A stretch of 64,000 nt of DNA. Source: Gammaproteobacteria bacterium (GTDB lineage Bacteria; Pseudomonadota; Gammaproteobacteria; Steroidobacterales; Foliamicaceae). This document shows positions 45,659-53,651 of the stretch, piece by piece; positions within the stretch are counted from its first letter, which is position 1, and every line of letters begins with the position of its first letter. Position numbers and translations under genes: made by a program. A model generated the notes under the pieces. It was not told where the DNA came from. It ran no database searches and worked only from the letters and a program-made list of their open reading frames with translations. The stretch is from positions 1,882,122 to 1,946,121 of the forward strand of contig OZ220729.1 in the NCBI GenBank assembly GCA_965116895.1. Reading direction: 5' to 3'.

Positions 45659-46614
45659 TGAGCGTTTACGGCATGACTTCGGTGACCGTCGGCGTAAGCG
45701 ACATCGATGAGTCGCTGGGACTCTTTCGCGACGTGATTGGACTGCAGGTGGAGAGCGACGGCGAGGCGCCGCGCGCGCTCCTCGATGCCTGGGGCCTGCC
45801 GCAGCACGTAACGGCGCGGCTGGTCGAACTGTCCTGCCGCGGCTATCCCGCCGGGCATCTGCGCCTGGCGCAGTATTCGCCCGCCGTGACCGAGGCCGTG
45901 CGGCTGGATCATGGAGCTGGCGCGGTCGATGGTTCCACCGACATCGGCCCCAAGGCGATCGATTTCTATGTTCCGACGCCAATGAGCGCCGCCGTCGAAG
46001 CGATCACCGGTGCCGGATACACTTTCCGCTCCGAGCCGATCCGCTACGAATTGGGCGATATCGAAAGCGAGGAGTGCCTGTTTACGGGGCCCGACGGCGT
46101 GCCCGCCCTGCTGATGATCGGCCATAGACACCCGCCGGAGGCGATGCGCGCCCTGCCGGCCGGCGTCCGTTTTTCCGAAATCGCCACGACGTCCGTCATA
46201 TGCGCGGATCCCGAAGCGGCGCGTGCGTTGTATTGCGACGCACTGGGACTGGAATCCGGTACCGACGCCTGGGTGGCGGAAGAAAACCTGGATCTGGCAC
46301 GCCGCCTCACCGGCGTCCCGAGCTGCACGGGCATGTATTTCCTGCTGGTCCGCGCACCGGGCGAGCCCAGCGGCAAGCTCCTGTTCGTGCATTTCGCCGG
46401 CGTCCCGAGCAAGCGGCTCACCGGGAGAATGCGACCCGGAAAGCTGGGCGTGAACCTCTTCAGTTACAGGGCAAGCGACCTGGACGCCACGCTGGCGAAG
46501 GCCTGCGAATCCGGCGGAACTCTCCTGCGCGGGCCAACGCAAGTGGGCGGAACGCGCGTGGCGCTGCTGCTGGGCGCCAACGAGGAATTGCTGGAGCTGA
46601 CCGAAGGGGACTGA
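45658..46614 (+). CDS. Two-domain VOC family protein 2
   Basis: ATG at 45658 overlapping the previous TAA (TAATG). MTSVTVGVSDIDESLGLFRDVIGL.. and a second module IATTSVICADPEAARALYCDALGL... The track ORF 44956..46614 is an out-of-gene extension. Confidence 0.65.
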   Translation: MSVYGMTSVTVGVSDIDESLGLFRDVIGLQVESDGEAPRALLDAWGLPQHVTARLVELSCRGYPAGHLRLAQYSPAVTEAVRLDHGAGAVDGSTDIGPKAIDFYVPTPMSAAVEAITGAGYTFRSEPIRYELGDIESEECLFTGPDGVPALLMIGHRHPPEAMRALPAGVRFSEIATTSVICADPEAARALYCDALGLESGTDAWVAEENLDLARRLTGVPSCTGMYFLLVRAPGEPSGKLLFVHFAGVPSKRLTGRMRPGKLGVNLFSYRASDLDATLAKACESGGTLLRGPTQVGGTRVALLLGANEELLELTEGD

Positions 46615-46615
46615 G

Positions 46616-47464
46616 TTGTCGACGGAAACCCGCCGGGGCGGTCCGGTCGATCTGCGCCGGCTGGAGTCCGAGGCAATACTCATCCTGCGCAAAGCGGTCG
46701 AGGCGTTTCGCCGGCCGGTGCTGCTGTTCTCGGCCGGCAAGGACTCGGCGGTGATGTTGCGCCTCGCCCAGAAGGCATTCGCGCCTTCGCTGCCTCCGTT
46801 TCCTCTGCTGCATGTGGACACGAACTGGAAGTTCCCGGAGGCCTATGAGTACCGGGACCGGACCGCGAACGAAGCGGGCATGAAGCTGATCGTCCACGTC
46901 AACCGGGAAGGACTTGCGCGCGGAATCGGGCCGTTCAGCCACGGCGCGGAGACCCATGTCCGTGTCATGAAGAGCGAGGCTCTGCAAGAGGCCCTGGAGC
47001 GCTACGGTTTTGACGTCATGATCGACGGGGCGCGGGGCGACGAGGAGCGATTCAGAGGCGACTCGCGACGCTCCGACACGCCCTCCGGCGGCGGCGGGGC
47101 GGCGCGCGCGTTCCCGCTGCGCAACTGGACCGAGCTTGATGTGTGGCGCTACGTTCAGGCGGAAGACATCCCGCTGCCGACGCTCTACTTTGCCGCGCCG
47201 CGGCTGGTGGTGCGGCGGGACGGACTGCTGATCGTCAGGGCCGACGAGCGAATGACGCTGGCGAACGACGAGAAGGCCACGATGCGCACGGTGCGGTTCC
47301 GCACGCTGGGGTGCTGGCCGCTGACGGGCGCCGTGGAATCGGATGCGGCGGACGTTGCAGGCGTTCTGCGCGAACTTCGCCGCGCCCGGACTCCCGAGCG
47401 GTCGTGGCGCGCCATCGACCGGCCGGCCGCCGAAGCGGCCGGAAAGCGGGAGCCGCGCCCTTGA
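46616..47464 (+). CDS. CysD-like PP-loop ATP pyrophosphatase (sulfate adenylyltransferase subunit 2 homolog) lacking an internal conserved segment
   Basis: TTG start after GAAGGGGA. PP-loop LLFSAGKDSAVML, PFPLLHVDTNWKF, VRFRTLGCWPLTGAVES. The region between GARGDEE and FPLRNWTE is about 20 residues shorter than canonical CysD (comparison from memory). Confidence 0.7.
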   Translation: MSTETRRGGPVDLRRLESEAILILRKAVEAFRRPVLLFSAGKDSAVMLRLAQKAFAPSLPPFPLLHVDTNWKFPEAYEYRDRTANEAGMKLIVHVNREGLARGIGPFSHGAETHVRVMKSEALQEALERYGFDVMIDGARGDEERFRGDSRRSDTPSGGGGAARAFPLRNWTELDVWRYVQAEDIPLPTLYFAAPRLVVRRDGLLIVRADERMTLANDEKATMRTVRFRTLGCWPLTGAVESDAADVAGVLRELRRARTPERSWRAIDRPAAEAAGKREPRP

Positions 47465-48048
47465 ACGCGCGAGACCCAGGCCCTGCCCCCGCCGGGAGGG
47501 GAAGGCGTCTGCACGAAGCCCGAAAGCCCTGCATTCTCTGGTTGACCGGCTTGCCCGCCGCGGGAAAGACGACCCTCGCCCGGGAAATCGCCCGCAGGCT
47601 TGAAACGCTTAGCGTCCGCGCCTTCGTGCTGGACGGCGACGACCTCCGCCTGGGTCTCAACAGCGACCTCGGGTTCAGCCGCGCGGCCCGCGACGAGAGC
47701 GTTCGCCGAGCCGGCCACGCCGCCAAACTCCTTCTCGACGCCGGAACGATCGCGGTGGCTGCCCTGATCTCGCCCTTCCGCGACCACCGCCAGCGGATCC
47801 GCGAACTGGCCGGCCCCGACCGGTTCGTGGAGATCTTCGTCGACGCGCCGCTTCATGTGTGCGAACGGCGCGATCCGAAGGGGCTTTACGCCAGCGCGCG
47901 GGCCGGCGATATCCAGGACGTCACCGGCATCGATTCACCCTACGAACCGCCTGAAAATCCGGATATCCGGCTGCGGTCTGCGGAAAGCCCACCGGACGAA
48001 CTGGCGGGCCAGGTGATCCGCTACCTTAAGGAAAGGGAATACATATAG
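47461..48048 (+). CDS. cysC: Adenylylsulfate (APS) kinase
   Basis: TTG at 47461 overlapping the previous stop (TTGA). P-loop LWLTGLPAAGKTTLA, LDGDDLRLGLNSDLGFS, ISPFRDHR, VCERRDPKGLY, GIDSPYEPPENPD. Confidence 0.85.
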   Translation: MNARDPGPAPAGRGRRLHEARKPCILWLTGLPAAGKTTLAREIARRLETLSVRAFVLDGDDLRLGLNSDLGFSRAARDESVRRAGHAAKLLLDAGTIAVAALISPFRDHRQRIRELAGPDRFVEIFVDAPLHVCERRDPKGLYASARAGDIQDVTGIDSPYEPPENPDIRLRSAESPPDELAGQVIRYLKEREYI

Positions 48049-48054
48049 AGCGCC

Positions 48055-48164
48055 GCGTCCTGGTTCGCCCCATGCCGCGGCGGAGCGTCGGCGGCAGGAG
48101 CCGCCGCCGAGCCCCAGGGATGGGTTCATGCGTCTCCGACGCGGCATGGGGCGAACCAGGACGC
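48055..48164. terminator. Perfect 25-bp inverted repeat with ~60-nt spacer (contains an inner GC hairpin); putative bidirectional terminator or REP-like element
   Basis: 48055-48079 gcgtcctggttcgccccatgccgcg is the exact reverse complement of 48140-48164. Inner hairpin cggcggc-agga-gccgccg. It sits between convergent cysC and TBDR-4 and touches the TBDR-4 stop codon. Confidence 0.5.
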
Positions 48165-50236
48165 TAGAAGCGTTTGCGTACCCGCAGCATGAAGTGCATT
48201 GCCTGCTCGGTCCTGCGCTCTTCCACCGCGGTAATGGCGCCGCCGGAACGGCCGTCTCCGTATAGGTCGCGGGTTCGCGTGCGGCGCGCAGGCGTAAAGT
48301 TCATGATCTCGAAACGAACGGAGAGGTCCTCACCGAAAGTCCGGTCCCACCAGATATTCATCGGCAGGGGGGCTTCCCGAATGAGCCGCTCCTCCGAAAT
48401 GCGATAGACGCGCTCCTGGAAACCGATGAATCCGTCAAGACCCAGCACTGAATTCCATCGCGGCAATTCCCAGGTGAGGCCGATGAACCCCACAAACGAA
48501 TCGCGGCCCGATCGCCGCCGTGTCTCCCCGGTAAATGGATCTGTGATCCGGGAATCGAAGTGCACGGTGCGCGACCGCCACGTCGCTCCTTTCCAACCCA
48601 ACGGGTCCAGGGGAAAATTCGTCACCAGTATCCACCTGCCGCGGGTCGCGTTGCCGGCGTTGCCCCGCGCGTCGAAACCCAGGCCGACCGGAACGAAATC
48701 CAGCGCGCTGTCCAGCCGGTAACGGGTGTAGGTCAGGATGGCCGAGCCCCTTCCCCAGAACCTGCGTTCGAATTGCAGTTCGTACTCGGCTGATTCTTCC
48801 GGTTCCAGGTCGGCATTACCGGCGGCCAGAATGTCCCACTCCAGGTTCGGCGATGCGGCGAACGAGTAAAAATTGAGTTGCCCCACGACTTTCTCCACGC
48901 GCAGCCGGACATCGGTCACGCTGTTGATCGACCAGGTCGCCGTCAGGCGCGGCTTGAGGTAGTCGAAGTGCTTGACGAGATTGGCGTCGCCGCTTTGCGT
49001 GAGGGTGGATTTCTCGAACGCCAGGCCGGCTTCGAACGACAGGTTGGGCCGGACCCGGTAAATGGCCTTGGCGAACGCCTGATAGCGGTCTTCCGCTACC
49101 GTGACGTTGTCATTCGGCAGCTCGAGTGGGACGTCGCCCACGCTGACCTCGACGAGACTGTCCAGCTCGTTGAATGCGGCCTCGGCCCCGAACTCCAGGC
49201 TCAGGGGATCGGACAGGTCCCACCGGTATATTGCTCGCGCCGCGGTCTCGGTCCAGTCGAAATCGTCGTCCGCGAGGGTCTCCAGGGAACCGACTTGCAG
49301 ATACGAGTCGCTGCCCAGGGACTCCAGCCGGTGGAGCAATTTGGCGTTCAGGCGCCGATTCCCGGCCAGGTTGATCGCGACGTCCGAACCCACCTCGAAT
49401 ACGTCGTTCCCCCGCTCGATGTCCACGAGCTGATCGTACGGCTCGCCGCCCGCAGTCCGGTACTCGCCGAGCCGGTCAAGAAGCAGCGTCGACGTCTTGG
49501 CCGTAAGGTTCAGCCCCAAATCGAAACGGTCCCATGCGTAATTGCCGCTGGCCGTGGCGTGCACACTCCTGGTCCAGTCGTCAATATCGAACCGGCCGGT
49601 CAGCGAGGACTGGGGATCCACGGCCGTAAGGGTGTACGGTCCCTCTCCCGTTCCCCATTCGAATTGTTCGTTCTCGTAGACAAGGCTCGCATCGAAATTG
49701 AAGCGCCCCGAACTCCTTGAGTACTCGGCACGCGCGGTTCCGCCGAAGTCACGGTCATTGTCGGTGTACTTCTTGAATGCCGCTTCGGTGATCAGCGTCG
49801 ATTTGCCGCCCGCCTTGCGAACGACGTTGACGACGACCTGGCGGCCCATCGTGTCGAAGTCCGCGACGTCCGCGCGTATCACTTCCACCTGCTCGATGAC
49901 CGCAAAAGGAATGGCGGTGAGCACCTCCTGCAGGGTGTTGGCCTTTATGGTCGGCCAGCGGCCGTCGATGAGCACGTTTCCGGCGGCGCTCTCAAGGCCG
50001 CGCATGTCGTTGTTTCCGCGCTCGAAGATGAATCCCGGCGTGCGGTTGATCACGTCCATTGCGCTGACCGGTTCGCCGTCCGCGTAGAAAGCCGCCGGGA
50101 AGACCGTGATGCCGGTGTTCTCCGCAGCGGCCGGCCGCTCCTGTGCAAGGCACGCAATGGCGAGCGCCGCCTGCGCGAAGACAATCCCGGCAACCCGCGC
50201 GATGTGACCAATGCCCTGTTTCACGACCACTACCAT
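48164..50236 (-). CDS. TonB-dependent receptor (TBDR-4)
   Basis: Only the last 690 codons of track ORF 48164..51370 are credible. ATG 50236, signal peptide ARVAGIVFAQAALAIACLAQE, plug (MDVINRTPGFIFERGNNDMRGLESAAGNVLIDG), barrel ending ..MLRVRKRF. Confidence 0.75.
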   Translation of the reverse strand: MVVVVKQGIGHIARVAGIVFAQAALAIACLAQERPAAAENTGITVFPAAFYADGEPVSAMDVINRTPGFIFERGNNDMRGLESAAGNVLIDGRWPTIKANTLQEVLTAIPFAVIEQVEVIRADVADFDTMGRQVVVNVVRKAGGKSTLITEAAFKKYTDNDRDFGGTARAEYSRSSGRFNFDASLVYENEQFEWGTGEGPYTLTAVDPQSSLTGRFDIDDWTRSVHATASGNYAWDRFDLGLNLTAKTSTLLLDRLGEYRTAGGEPYDQLVDIERGNDVFEVGSDVAINLAGNRRLNAKLLHRLESLGSDSYLQVGSLETLADDDFDWTETAARAIYRWDLSDPLSLEFGAEAAFNELDSLVEVSVGDVPLELPNDNVTVAEDRYQAFAKAIYRVRPNLSFEAGLAFEKSTLTQSGDANLVKHFDYLKPRLTATWSINSVTDVRLRVEKVVGQLNFYSFAASPNLEWDILAAGNADLEPEESAEYELQFERRFWGRGSAILTYTRYRLDSALDFVPVGLGFDARGNAGNATRGRWILVTNFPLDPLGWKGATWRSRTVHFDSRITDPFTGETRRRSGRDSFVGFIGLTWELPRWNSVLGLDGFIGFQERVYRISEERLIREAPLPMNIWWDRTFGEDLSVRFEIMNFTPARRTRTRDLYGDGRSGGAITAVEERRTEQAMHFMLRVRKRF

Positions 50237-50344
50237 ACTCGCTATATCGCCGGGCGGGAAATCATTTCCAGGACATCCGGCTGCCTGATAAGATTCGCCC
50301 GGTTGCGCCCGGAGGATTCCGAACGACGCGTCAGGGGGAATAGA

Positions 50345-51298
50345 GTGCGGGAAAACAAAATACGAATTCATCGGCGGCGGCTGGTCCAGACAATGCTGGC
50401 CGCACCGCTGGCATACGTCTGGGCGCGGACAGGCGCGGACCAGGCGTTTTCTGCATCCGAATCGGCGCCGTCGGCGGCCGCGCGACGGATCCGCCGGCGC
50501 TACGTGGACGGGCGCTTCGGCCAGGTGCATGTGCATATTGCCGAAGCCCTGGATGAAACCGCACGGCGCACGCCGTTGATGTGCTTTCATCCCACGGCCT
50601 TGTCGGGGGACTTCTATCGCGATTACATGCTGGCGATGAGTCTCGACCGGCGGGTCATGGCGATGGATACGCCGGGCTACGGCCGATCGGATCCGCCGCC
50701 TGAACCGCAGCCGATGAGCGAACTGGCCGGCGCCGCGGCCGACACGCTGGTCGCGCTCGGCTACGGGGCGGATGGCGAAGGCGCCGTGGACGTGATCGGC
50801 TACCACACGGGAACCTTCATCGCTGCGGAACTGGCCATTGTCCGGCCGGATCTGGTGCGCCGCCTGGTGCTGCCCGGCATCCCCTACCGCGTCGGCGAGG
50901 AGCGCGAGGCGCTGTACGAGCAGTACGCCCGGCCCAGTGAGCTCAAGGAAGACGGCTCGAACGCGATGGAAGTGTGGCGCTTCTGGGTGACCGACCGACA
51001 CCCGGATGTTTCGTTGCAACGCGGCGCTTCGCACTTTGTCGATCACCTGCAGTCGGGCCCCTACGCGTGGTGGGCGTATCACAGCGTGTTCAGCTACCCG
51101 GCCGAAGAACGTCTTCCTCTGGTGCGGCAGCCCGTTCTGGTGCCCAACACGCACGGCAATCTCAATGAACCGTCCCGCGAAGCCGCGAAGCTGCTGAATG
51201 ATGTGCGGGTGGTGGAAATGCCTGACCTGAGCCACGGCGCATTCGATGTCGGCGCGGACCGGCTGGCCGACGTTTCCCGCGAATTTCTGGATCAATGA
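50345..51298 (+). CDS. Alpha/beta-hydrolase-fold protein with atypical nucleophile elbow (GYHTG), possibly exported
   Basis: GTG 50345 after GGGGGA (alternative ATG 50393). N-terminal extension IHRRRLVQTMLAAPLAYVWA looks signal-like. Core is homologous to 10545..11360 (MDTPGYGRSDPPPEP; VIGYHTGTFIAAELAIVRPDLVRRLVLPG). Confidence 0.65.
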   Translation: MRENKIRIHRRRLVQTMLAAPLAYVWARTGADQAFSASESAPSAAARRIRRRYVDGRFGQVHVHIAEALDETARRTPLMCFHPTALSGDFYRDYMLAMSLDRRVMAMDTPGYGRSDPPPEPQPMSELAGAAADTLVALGYGADGEGAVDVIGYHTGTFIAAELAIVRPDLVRRLVLPGIPYRVGEEREALYEQYARPSELKEDGSNAMEVWRFWVTDRHPDVSLQRGASHFVDHLQSGPYAWWAYHSVFSYPAEERLPLVRQPVLVPNTHGNLNEPSREAAKLLNDVRVVEMPDLSHGAFDVGADRLADVSREFLDQ

Positions 51299-52116
51299 AC
51301 ATGAATTTTGAGCGAGTCGCAAAACTGGGCGCGGAGGTTTCGGGCGTTGAGCTGACGCCGGACCTTGCACAGGATGTCATCGACGAGATAGAACAAGGAA
51401 TACTGGAACACAGAGTTCTGTTTTTCCGGGACCAGGAACTGAACGGAGAAGAACTCGTCGACTTTTCCCGCCGCTTTGGCGAGAGCTTCGTCCAGCCGGC
51501 GCTGGCGCACAAGTACCAGGAACTGCTGTTTCTGGAGAACGACAAAAGCAAGCCGCCCACGCTCAACACCTTTCACCAGGACATGACCGGCCTGGCGCAA
51601 CCCCCGGCGCTGCACATGCTGCACGCGCTGATCGTGCCCGATGGGGGCGGCGACACCATGTGGGCCTGCAACTACAGCGCCTACGAATCCCTCTCGGACG
51701 AAATGAAGCGGATACTCGGCAGCCTGACGTGCACCCACACCATACTCGGGTACTACGAACCGATCGTAAGGAACTGGGAGAACGCCGAGGAGACGCTGAA
51801 GGAGTTCAGGGAGATATTCCCGCCGGTGTCGCATCCGCTGGTGAGGACCCACCCGCAAACCGGCCGCAAGTCACTGTTCGTCAACCGCTTCTTCACCAAT
51901 TTCATCAACGGTTTCACTCCCCAGGAAAGCGAAAACCTGCTTCAGTTCCTGTACAAGCACATCGAAACGCCCGAATTCTGCGTGCGGCTGCGCTGGCGTC
52001 CCGGCACCCTGGCGATCTGGGACAACCGCTGCACCTCCCACTACGCGCTGGCCGACTACTGGCCGCAGCACCGCAAGATGCAGCGCGCCTCGGTCTCGGG
52101 CGACACGCCCTTCTAG
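51295..52116 (+). CDS. Fe(II)/2-oxoglutarate dioxygenase, TauD/TfdA family
   Basis: ATG overlapping the previous stop (ATGA). HxD in TFHQDMTG, GGGDTMWA, distal His in RCTSHYA. 273 aa. Confidence 0.8.
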   Translation: MNMNFERVAKLGAEVSGVELTPDLAQDVIDEIEQGILEHRVLFFRDQELNGEELVDFSRRFGESFVQPALAHKYQELLFLENDKSKPPTLNTFHQDMTGLAQPPALHMLHALIVPDGGGDTMWACNYSAYESLSDEMKRILGSLTCTHTILGYYEPIVRNWENAEETLKEFREIFPPVSHPLVRTHPQTGRKSLFVNRFFTNFINGFTPQESENLLQFLYKHIETPEFCVRLRWRPGTLAIWDNRCTSHYALADYWPQHRKMQRASVSGDTPF

Positions 52117-53651
52117 CCCAATTCCTCGCGCAGGCCCTTGACGAGGCCGACGCACATGCACAGCAGCACAAGAGTAAAGGGCAGGCCCACCGAAAGCGTC
52201 AGCGCCTGCAGCGAGGCCATGCCGCCGCCCAGCATCAGCGCCATCGCGGCGAGGCCGGCCAGCAGGCACCAGAAGGCGCGTTGCTGAACCGGCGCGTCCA
52301 TCTTCCCGCCGGCCGTAATGGTGTCCACTACCAATGATCCCGAGTCGGCCGAGGTGACAAAGAAGATCGTGATCAGGAGCACGCTGACGGCCGAGACGAT
52401 TCCGGTCATCGGCAAAGGCTCCAGCATCTTGAACAAGGCCAGTTCGGGCACCGATTCCGCCACCCCGGTATAACCGCCGGAGAAGTACTGGTCCAGCGCG
52501 GCGCCGCCGAACGTCGCCATCCACAGGATTCCGATGATCGTCGGGACGATCAGCACCCAGGTGATGAATTCGCGCACGGTGCGCCCAAAACTGATGCGCG
52601 CGATGAACATGCCCACGAACGGCGCCCAGGCGACCCACCAGGCCCAGTAGAAGGTTGACCAGTCGCGCACGAAAGCCACGTCCTCGCGGCCGATCCAGTT
52701 GCTCAGTGCCGGCAGGTAATAGACATAATCGACGCCCGCGTTGGCGATCGTCGCGAGAATCACCAGCGTGGGTCCCGCGACCAGGACGAACAGCCACAAC
52801 AGGGCCGCAAGCACCATGTTGATCCAGCTCAGGCGCTTGACGCCCTTGTCCAGCCCGGCGATGACGGACGCCAACGCGATGCCGATGATGACCATGATCA
52901 GAACGGCCCTGGTGGCGACGGTCGCGGGAATCCCGAACAGGTATTGCAGTCCGCCGGCGATCTGTTCGGCGCCGAAGCCCAGCGACACCGCCAGCCCGAA
53001 CAGGGTCGCCAGCACCGCCACGATGTCCACGGCGTGACCGAAGGGCCCCCAGACCGACTTGCCGATCAGCGGGAAGAAACCGGAGCGCATCGTCAGCGGC
53101 ATGCCGCGATTGAAACAGAAGAATGCCAGCGACAGGCCCGCGACGGCGTATATGGCCCAGGCGTGCAGCCCCCAATGCAGGATCGCCGCGGACATGCCGA
53201 CGGCCCGCGCGGTCGCGGTGTCGGCGGGATCGACGCCGAGCGGCGGCGCCAGGGTGTGGGTCACGGGCTCAAGGACGCCGAAGAACATCAGGCCGATGCC
53301 CACACCCGCCGCGAACAGCATGGCCAGCCACGCGGAATAGCCGTACTGGGGCGCCGCGTCCCGTCCCCCGAGGCGAATCCGTCCCAACGGAGACAGCGCG
53401 AGGCCGAGGCAGAACAGGACGAAGAGGTTCGACGCGGCGAAGTAGAACCAGTCGAACGTCGTGGTCGTCCAGACCCTCAGATCAGCGAACAGCGTCGCCG
53501 CCTGCTGCCGGAACAGCAAGGTTCCGATCACCAGTATGACCACCAGCGCGGCGGAAACGATGAAGACCGGATTGTGGATGTCGAGCCCAAGGAAGCGGAT
53601 ATTCTGCTCGCCGATCTTGTGGCCGATATCGGGCGCCGCCTTGGAGTTCAT
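52113..53651 (-). CDS. BCCT-family (betaine/carnitine/choline) transporter
   Basis: ATG at 53651 (MNSKAAPDIGHKIGEQNIRFLGLDIHNPVF). BCCT-like core including the Trp-rich segment FYWAWWVAWAPFVGMFIARIS. The track extension to 53903 is not credible. Confidence 0.85.
   Translation of the reverse strand: MNSKAAPDIGHKIGEQNIRFLGLDIHNPVFIVSAALVVILVIGTLLFRQQAATLFADLRVWTTTTFDWFYFAASNLFVLFCLGLALSPLGRIRLGGRDAAPQYGYSAWLAMLFAAGVGIGLMFFGVLEPVTHTLAPPLGVDPADTATARAVGMSAAILHWGLHAWAIYAVAGLSLAFFCFNRGMPLTMRSGFFPLIGKSVWGPFGHAVDIVAVLATLFGLAVSLGFGAEQIAGGLQYLFGIPATVATRAVLIMVIIGIALASVIAGLDKGVKRLSWINMVLAALLWLFVLVAGPTLVILATIANAGVDYVYYLPALSNWIGREDVAFVRDWSTFYWAWWVAWAPFVGMFIARISFGRTVREFITWVLIVPTIIGILWMATFGGAALDQYFSGGYTGVAESVPELALFKMLEPLPMTGIVSAVSVLLITIFFVTSADSGSLVVDTITAGGKMDAPVQQRAFWCLLAGLAAMALMLGGGMASLQALTLSVGLPFTLVLLCMCVGLVKGLREELG

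Noticed and set aside
47935-48147. 70-aa minus-strand ORF inside the cysC 3' end and inverted-repeat region.
   Set aside because: It overlaps cysC in antisense and the structured repeat. It has Arg/Gly-rich composition, no ribosome-binding site and no recognisable family.
50237-51370. N-terminal 378 codons of the 1068-aa track ORF 48164..51370.
   Set aside because: This part is antisense to the alpha/beta-fold gene (50345-51298) and has shadow-ORF composition. A signal peptide and TBDR plug begin only at ATG 50236.
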